Source of the DNA: Paraspadella gotoi
Lineage: Eukaryota; Animalia; Chaetognatha
Assembly: GCA_051294375.1 (NCBI GenBank)
Contig: CM119265.1
Span: 13,136,124-13,200,123 of the forward strand
Direction of reading: 5' to 3'
Length of the DNA stretch: 64,000 nucleotides
Part shown: positions 55,674 through 64,000 of the stretch, in pieces
How positions within the stretch are numbered: position 1 is the stretch's first letter
How the letters are laid out: each line of letters opens with the position of its first letter
The notes under the pieces: model-generated
The model's input: only the letters and a program-made list of their open reading frames with translations
Database searches by the model: none
What the model was told of the DNA's origin: nothing
Made by a program: the position numbers and the translations under genes

Positions 55674-57608
55674 ATGGCGCTAACTTCCGATCAGTTGTCT
55701 CTTTTGAGACAAAACTTTGTGAACAATCCGAAAAACGTCTTGGCACAAAACGCTTGCACGCAGCAAGATCCGCTCTTGATGTGCATTCAAAGGAGCAAGT
55801 TACAGGTTTGCATGATTAATGGTTACTAGAAAAATAAAAGGATTTCGCATTTAATTTTCAGCAAATAAACTTTAACATCCTATTTTTTTCAGGAAACTCA
55901 ACACGTCTTCTCTCACAAAGTCAAGTTGGAGGGAAAGCCGATGACAGATCAAAAATCGTCGGGGAGGTGTTGGATCTTCGCTTGCCTTAACGCCATGAGG
56001 ATACCTCTCATGGAAAGCCTTGGATTGGAGGAGCTAGAATTGAGCCAACCCTACCTCTTTTTCTGGGACAAAGTGGAACGAGCCAACTATTGTCTCGACA
56101 ACTTCATCGAAACGGCCAAACTGCAGGAGCTGATCGACGGTGGGAGAAGAGGGAAAAGTGAAGATTGGGACTTGCGAATACACGTCTGGTTTTATGTTTC
56201 ACAGGCCGTCTGATGTGTTTTCTGCTTCACAATCCTGCCGAGGACGGTGGCCAGTGGGACATGCTTGTGAATCTCATCGAAAAGCATGGCGTGGTTCCGA
56301 AACACGCCATGCCCGAGTCGGCAAGCACGGAAGCATCGAGAAGGTCGTTAGAATTACATTTATTTCACCCGATATCCTTTTTCTTTACTTTCTTTATTCT
56401 CCATTAACGTTACTTTTTACATTTCACAGAATGAATTTGACCATTAACAACAAACTCCGTGAGTTTTGCAGTCTCCTCCGCACCGCGGTGGAAGAGGGAA
56501 ATACCGATGAAGAAATCGCCGCGATGAAGAATTCCATGATGGAAGAGATTTACAGGATTGTCTCCATCTGCCTCGGAACGCCGCCTGAGGTGTTGTGTTT
56601 TTATGTGTAATGCTTCAAGATGTTATAGCGGTGTCAGGGGGGGATATCTTTTTGAGCCTTGCGTTAACATATTCTCTTGAACCCCAACTTCTCTTGCGCA
56701 GACCTTCGTGTGGGAATACTACAACAAGGAAAAAGCTTACAACCGCGTCCCGCCGTCGACGGAAGACGGCATTACTCCCCTCGAATTCTATCGCCAACAC
56801 GTCAAACCCGTCTTCAACATGGAGGACAAAGTTTGCCTCGTCAACGACCCGCGTCCCAACAACGAATACTACAAGCTCTACACTGTCGAATATTTAGGTT
56901 GACGACTTCATAGTTTTGTGATATTACGTTTTCTTTGTCATATTTGATTTGTAGTTTAAATCATTTTTAATTGTTGGAGTTCAGGCAACATGGTTGGTGG
57001 CAATCGAACGTTGTACATCAACCTTCCCGTCGAGAAACTGAAAAGCTACGCCGCTGCTTCTATCAAATCTGGCGAGGCGGTGTGGTTCGGATGCGACGTT
57101 GGCAAAATTTTCGCTGCTAAACTCGGAATTCAGGTTTTTTAGGGCATTATAGTCAGTGTAAAAACACAAACTTATTCAAGTGATCTTATTGTGTTTGTGT
57201 TAGCTGAAGTAGCATTACTAGCGTTACGAGAAAAGATTTTAGGGTGAGGCATAAGTTAATGTGAGGAAAGGGAAGTAAGGAATGTAGCGAAGAAAGAAAA
57301 GAGAATGAAAAGGAAGAAAAGAGAGTGAGAGAGTGTGTGAATGTAGGAGAGAGAGAGTTCAGGAGAGAGTGTAGGAGTGAGACGGTGCGGGAGAGAGAGT
57401 GTAGGAGAGAGATCGTGCGGGAGATCGTGTACGAGTGAGGGAGAGAGAGTGTAGGAGTGAGAGAGTGCGGGAAAGTGTAGGAGTGATACAGTGTGCGAGA
57501 GAGTGTAGGAGAGAGATAGTGCGAGAGAGAGAGTGCGGGAGACTGTCGGAGAGAGAGAGTGCGGGAATGAGTGTGTGATAAAGAGTGTGTGGGAGAGAAA
57601 GAGTGTGG

Positions 57609-57643
<35 letters not shown>

Positions 57644-58265
57644 GGAGATCCCCATGAAAATTGCAAGGCTGAAGGGCTGCGGAATAAGGCCTTGTCGTTC
57701 ACTGTTTCAGGATTTAGAACTCATTGACTACGACCTGGTTTTCGATACGTCGGTCTTGGGGCTTTCGAAGGCCGACCGCCTATTCTACGGAGAATCGATG
57801 ATGACCCACGCCATGTTGTTGACAGCCATTGGAACTAAGGACGGGACCCCAGACGGAAAAGTCAAAAAGTGGAGGGTATGAGTTATGAGGTTTAATCTGT
57901 AGAATTGCGTCTCCAGGTTTGGCATTAGTTTTGCGCCCATAAAAATTACGCCCAGAGGATTTCAAGCGTGAGCGCAATCCTAATTAATAGTTGGAGGGAA
58001 AATAAAGTATTTTTAATTATTATTATAAATCATATAATATTATTATTAATATTAATCGCTTTTGTATCATACAACGCAGGTGGAAAACTCTTGGGGCGAG
58101 GATCGCGGGAACAAAGGCTACCTCGTGATGAGCGACGAGTGGTTCGACGAGTTCGTCTTCGAGGTCGTCGTCGACAAGAAGTTCGTCGACGCGGAGGTCG
58201 TCGCCGTCAAGAGTCAAGAACCCATTGTTCTTCCCGCTTGGGATCCCATGGGGGCTTTGGCTTGA
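55674..58265 (+). CDS. BLMH: Bleomycin hydrolase (peptidase C1B)
   Basis: TDQKSSGRCWIFA (catalytic Cys), FFWDKVERANY, EDGGQWDMLVNLIEKHG, VWFGCDVGK, ESMMTHAM (His), WRVENSWG (Asn) and the conserved C-terminus LPAWDPMGALA*. Confidence 0.96.
57315..57645. repeat. Degenerate purine-rich minisatellite (GAGAGAGTGTAG / GAGAGAGTGCGG units) in a BLMH intron
   Basis: Repeating ~12-18 nt variants read directly. Confidence 0.8.
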
Positions 58266-59681
58266 ATGCGTTGGTCATAGTGATCGGTTCGACGGTGAAG
58301 TTAGCTTTTGACTTCTCCGCGACAACTTGGTCAACGATGTTGTCTGTGCCCTCTGTGTACGTTGGGTGTGTTGTGGCGCGAAATCTTCTGCATCCGAGAA
58401 TCCTTACTGTTGCAATTTGGCGCTAATGTCGGACGAAGGTGACGTATTTATTATACGTGTCAGATTCGAGTTTATAACGTTAACCATTGCACAATTTGTA
58501 ATATGATAATGGTGATAATTAAATTTTGTTACTTTATGGCACTGAGTTCGAATGTTTTTGTCATACCTTTTAGGCAAATAATTAATTTTTTTCGAAATAA
58601 GCTTTTGTTGCGATCTGATTATTTTATTAAATTTGTAATCTATTTGATGGCGAAATTGCATGCCTTCTCATACTTTCTAGGTTTGATATCTTTTTTTTAG
58701 TATATCTTTTTTTAAAATTACCATGATATGGATTGGTTTACTAATATTTAAATAATTTTGTGTTCTGTTGCAAATTTGAAAATAACATTTGCAATTAGAT
58801 TTTAATTCCGTATCGAACAGGTTTTTTTTCTCTTTGTCTTATATATTTTTGTGTTGATATCTTCCCAAAAATTTTTTTTTTCAAATTCAACCTTTTTTTA
58901 CTCTGTTTCATAAGAATAATTTTAGTTCTACGCTTAATTTTTACTTTAAATAAATTTTTTTTATATTTTTTTGTTTAGATATTACATGAAAATTTGATAT
59001 AGATTATACACCAAAGTTAGTTTGTGGGCACTTGAAGGAAGCTTGAAGAAGAGATTTTAACCTTTAAGTTAGACTTGCAGACCTTGGATGCTGGATATTT
59101 TATAATATCCGCTTTAGCGTCAGAAGCCTTTCTCACTTGTCAGTTTTCCTGTACAGCAAATCGACTGCTATATTTGAAGAACTATGTAAGGTGAATCCCT
59201 GTGCTTCCCCCCAGTTTTGATTTGTCTTTGTTGAAGCAGACCACAACGGTTTTGGCGAAGGGTCTCGCCGCTCTCTTCGGTTATATCTGACTGAAGCGGC
59301 GTCGGCCCTAAAAATGACCGACTTTAACCCCCAGTCGATGGAGGGAAGAAGGACGCGTAAACGAGACGGAGTGGAAGAAAAAGAGACGGCGTGACCTTGA
59401 GCTTATTGGGGTTGGACGAGGCTCTGAGAGCTGGGGTCAAATCGCGGGCTTTGGGCTTAGAGGGGTTAGATTAGGGTGAGCGTTTTGGAGGGAGTGGCGT
59501 TGGACTAGGTCGGAGGGCCAGGGTTTTATCCCGAAATCGTCATTCGCCGTTTCCATATTAATGAATGTTTTAGAATTATTATTATGATTTATTATAATAA
59601 TGTTACGTTTGACGTAAAATTACATGCGTATTGCAATATGTGACGTAAAAATAATCGGAACCCCTTTCCGGGCAAATCAAT

Positions 59682-59736
59682 GGTTAATTTCATTTCGACG
59701 GCTCATAACTTATGAGCCGTCGAAATGAAATTAACC
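59682..59736. repeat. Perfect 27-bp-arm palindrome with a 1-nt centre
   Basis: GGTTAATTTCATTTCGACGGCTCATAA-C-TTATGAGCCGTCGAAATGAAATTAACC. Confidence 0.95.
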
Positions 59737-60129
59737 TTATGACATAAGATCCTCGTTTCTGGATTTCTCAGGATTTTATCGGAATTTTTATTTTATGCAA
59801 TTAATTGAAGACAGAGAAGACCTTTCCGCAGCGAAAATAGCACCGCCGATGTAAAACGTCTTTAACCTTGCTCGGAGAAAACGATGTTGGAACGACAACC
59901 TTCTAGAGTCTGTTTCACTTTCGATCATCTCTGAACCTCAACTGCGGACATTGTGCGTATGGGCAGTTTAACAAATGGTGGCAAGCGAACCGTGATTATG
60001 ACCATCGCCGTCATGAAGTTAACCGTCACGATACTACCCTTTCTATGATCACGGCGCGACTTTATGCACGCTGTGCGCGCAACCGTCACGGGGTTCTCCA
60101 GTTCACGCGAGGCGCGCGCGCGAGAGTCG

Positions 60130-60230
60130 GTCACGTGACGCGACGTGGTTTCGACTCAAATGACGACGTAGTCGCGAAGAAGGAAAAAAAAAAGACGAGG
60201 AAAACCAGCGAGCGTCGTCGTCATGGCAAC
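60130..60230. promoter_or_regulatory. Candidate promoter: GTCACGTGAC E-box (60,130-60,139) and X-box GTCGTCATGGCAAC (60,217-60,230) in a CpG-rich patch
   Basis: 14/14 match to RTHNYYWTRRNRAC and an exact CLEAR/USF-type E-box. The target gene was not identified. Confidence 0.45.
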
Positions 60231-60488
60231 TGAGAAGACGACGACGAAACTGACGACGAAGAAAGAATCTCAGAATCGCCAATCGAATAACTCACCATAA
60301 TAACGCAAACGGAGTGAGAGAGAGAGAGAAAGTTATAAATAAAATGAAAAAGGAAAATAAATTCAATAACAGCAAAAATATGAAAAAGGCTTGCCAGAAG
60401 ATCAAGTTAACAGAGTGTTAAAAAACCAAGGGAAAAATCTCGGAATCGCCAACCGAATAACTCACCATAATAATGACAAAAAAACTCC

Positions 60489-60531
<43 letters not shown>

Positions 60532-61370
60532 GCGAGAGGGACGCATAAACAAAGAGAGGAAACGGTTCGGAAACCGTTTTCGTTGCGGAAAAAAAAAATT
60601 CATCCATGGAAAATGAAAAAAAGTCCGGCCAAAAAAAAATAAAAAAACGGAGTCAGTTTTGGAATTCGTTTTCCTGCTTCGTTGATTTGACGACCGTTTT
60701 TCATATCAATTTTATCTATGCTGTGAGCGTCAAATTTCATTGGTTCAACTGCGAAAAATCTTAACTTTAAACATTAAAATATTATAAAAAAAACAAAAAA
60801 CAAATTCTGCCCTAAAGTTGCGGGTAATCATTGGGAAAGTCTCGTTTTCCCCCGACAGTACATATGATTTTTTAACCAATTAACTTTTTACCTTATTAAT
60901 TCTCTACATGAAATGATCAGTTTTTTTTTTGCCAAACATGATATCGTGATCGTATTTTCCCTCAAATCACCGCAATCAATCGACATTCAATCCACGGATC
61001 ACCGCAGCCGGATTTGATTACAGGAGATTCGGAACAGGATTTTCTTTCTCTATTTGCAATTTGCAATCTCGCAAACGGGAAATGAAAAAAAAATGTGGCG
61101 CGAAGATATTGAACGCGAATTGAGCGACCGAATTCCGTTTTTTTTTATCAAGACGCAAAAAATGAAAAAAAAAAATCTCTATTGCTCGACTTCGTCTTGT
61201 TTTCGCCATCTGTTCGAAATCTTATCTTCACCAGTGGCGTCCGCCTTATTTGTTATTTTTGTTTGTTATTGTCCTTTTTTTTTTAAGGTCTGCCACGGAG
61301 GGCGCCGAAAGAAGAGCCGATTCGATTATCGCCTTTTTTGCTTTGCAGCCAATAATATTTCCCACTCTCG

Positions 61371-61448
<78 letters not shown>

Positions 61449-61590
61449 CTCTCACAATCTTCCATTCGAGCAAAAATATAAACATGGCGTCGGCGATGTC
61501 GTCGAGCGCCCTCTTCGTCTCTCTCCGTTTCCCCTCTCTGCGCCAAAAACGGTTTTCAACACATTTTTTTAAAGTTAATTTTCGTCTCCC

Positions 61591-61644
<54 letters not shown>

Positions 61645-62496
61645 CTCTCTCTTGGAAGGGTTTTTGCGTTGAAATCCAAAACGAGGGGACTGCAACTATT
61701 TTTTCATTTCGTCCACTGGGAGACCAAAAATGGAAAGGCGATACTTGTCCTAAGGAGAACAGCATTTTCTTTCCTTTCAAACCGAATTTTCATATTTTGT
61801 TATATTTCTTTACAATTATAGAATTGTCTCGTTAACCGATAAAAATACAAATATTTAAAAAATAAATTTAGAATTTCGATTTGACAATATTTTTCTCTTT
61901 TTGAAATGTTCTTCAAAGTAGATGCTAATAAAATATAAAATTAAATTGGTACAACCAATATAAAAATTATCCATGTTATTCGGTTATTTAATTTTTTCTT
62001 TTCTTTTCATACTTTCATAGAATTGAAAGGGGTGACAAAAAGTAAATAAAGTCAACTCGACAAATTGTTATTTACTATTTATAACCTACTTTTCACCTAC
62101 TGCGTTTTCATTTGTTATTGCTTCACGGCATTTCACTTTTCCCCGTGACAAAACGCCGAGGAGACTGACGTCTCGTCAACCTCACTTAATCTCACCGCGA
62201 CAATTGGACTCACGCCCGTGACGTGAACAAGGGTGGCCCACTGGCCCCGCGTCTTGTTGCGACTTGTCGGAATTTTTACTCTCCTCTTTCCCAACGAAAG
62301 ACGACAACGACCATGTCGCTTGTCACTTATGACGAAAGCCTTTCTCGCAAATTCTGGCCTCCGTTTCACGTAATTACTTTTCTCTTTCGCTTTAGCCAAA
62401 ATATATTCGTTATGCTTCAAGTTACAAGTCGATTTGCTGTTGAGCGTCTCTTCAATTTGTAGTACAAATAGCGAATTTCTGAAACAAGCTGCTCTT

Positions 62497-62567
<71 letters not shown>

Positions 62568-64000
62568 ATCTGTTCGAATCTTTCTTTCTTTCTCTCTCTT
62601 TGTCATTAACATGTTGTTATCCTTTTGCCTCTTCGCACCCTCGCTTCTTAAATTATGCAGACCGATGATAAACTACCGCGTTAACCTTTTATCCTTTTTC
62701 CGGTTCGGCTTCAAATTTGTAACTCGGTTTCCCGACCAAAAAAAAATGGTGGGTTCGCGTAGCCGACTTTAATAATTCATCGATTTAACTAATTTTTCCG
62801 CCCCCAAAAATAAATTAACTAAAGTGTTAATATTCATCTTGTAAATTTCCTAATTACTCAACCATTGACTTCACCCAACCGTGGTGGGAAATGAGGCACA
62901 GTTGATCATAAAACGATAAACATGTGTTGGTAAAAGATATAAATTTCTCTTTAGAAAAAAGGGGGAAAAAATTCGTGGTGCCGGTGGCGGGCAACAAAAC
63001 AATTTGTCTTCGTCCGGCGGTCCATTTCCTCTTTCTGTCTGTCTTTCTTTCTTTCTTTCTTTTTTTCTTTTTTTCTTTCTTTCTTTCCCTATTTCTTTCT
63101 TTTCTTTTTTCTTTCTATGTTTTTTATTATTACCTGGTCAAATGAAAGCTACAAAGAAATGGATACAATTTATTTTTAATTATGATTTAATTTCGAACGA
63201 AAAGTGTTTTATCCATAAAAACAGTTTAAAAAATTTTTAAAAAGGTAAACAAATGTAAACAGAGCATAAAATTAAATGCCACTTAATTGCTAAACAAAAA
63301 AAATATAACTACCTACGCTCTGCGAAGTTATTTACTTCCAATTTATTACACTAATAAAAAAATCCAATATTTAATAAAAAAAAAAAGGAAAAATAATTTT
63401 CCGAAAAATTTCGATTCTCGCAAAAAAAAAAAAAAAAAAAATTTCAGTCGTTATTAACTTTATGAAAGTTGCAACATTGTATTGACTATCCTAATCTTCG
63501 CCACAATTAAATTTGCGCGCGTTCTCGTTTTAATTAAGCCTAACTATAACTAATCTCACTGTCCTCTGAACGCGCTACAACTTGCGTATATATATCGCCC
63601 TTAACCTCTCAGATTATCGTCCCTACAACCCCCTTGAGTTTTCTTCAGCCCTCCCATCTGCCTTGAACCATCTTTTTTATGGCTATTCCGTCGTCGTCGT
63701 CATTTTCGTCGTCGTCGTCGTCATTTTCGTCGTCGTCGTCGTCCGGACGTCGTCGATGTCGTCGTTGTAGTTTATGGCGACGACTACGAGAAGCGAAAGA
63801 AACCGAAAGGATCCATTTTCGTCGTTATCGTCGTCGTCGTCGTCGTCGTCGTCTTCGATGATGTCGGAGTCGCATCTGTAACGTCCGGGTCGTCGTTAGT
63901 AGCTCGAACTGTATTATAGCGAGACAAAAAAAACTTAATATAATACTATTATATATAATATATATAATATATATAATACTATTATTAATAGTATATTCTT

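Noticed and set aside
59440-59480. TTAGGG-like words (GGGGTTAGATTAGGG) as telomeric repeat or telomerase RNA template
   Set aside because: No tandem array, less than 1.5 contiguous repeat units, and no supporting structure seen.

Overview
Eukaryotic, most likely compact-genome invertebrate animal DNA: AT-rich introns of mostly 60-300 bp, CpG-rich exons and many (GA)n/(TC)n tracts. The first third (1 to ~21,260) is one giant inverted duplication folding back at ~10.7 kb between a (GA)n and a (TC)n tract. It carries an intact 5-exon rhodopsin-class GPCR (GPR21/GPR52-like) on the right arm and an indel-riddled mirror copy on the left; an amplification or assembly fold-back artefact is at least as likely as a real palindrome. 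Spliced genes reconstructed by hand after it: a probable GPI-anchored SUEL-lectin-like protein (-), AGBL5/CCP5 (+, with two alternative 3' exon sets), an unassigned Cys-rich secreted LDLa/EGF protein (-), an anion-type Cys-loop channel with an unusual pore (-), an unassigned secreted helical protein (-) and bleomycin hydrolase (+). Non-coding items: a tRNA-derived SINE candidate, two dispersed repeat families, a candidate TIR element, a perfect 55-bp palindrome and X-box/E-box/YY1-like motifs. All gene models are manual and exon ends may be off by a few bases. No database searches were run.
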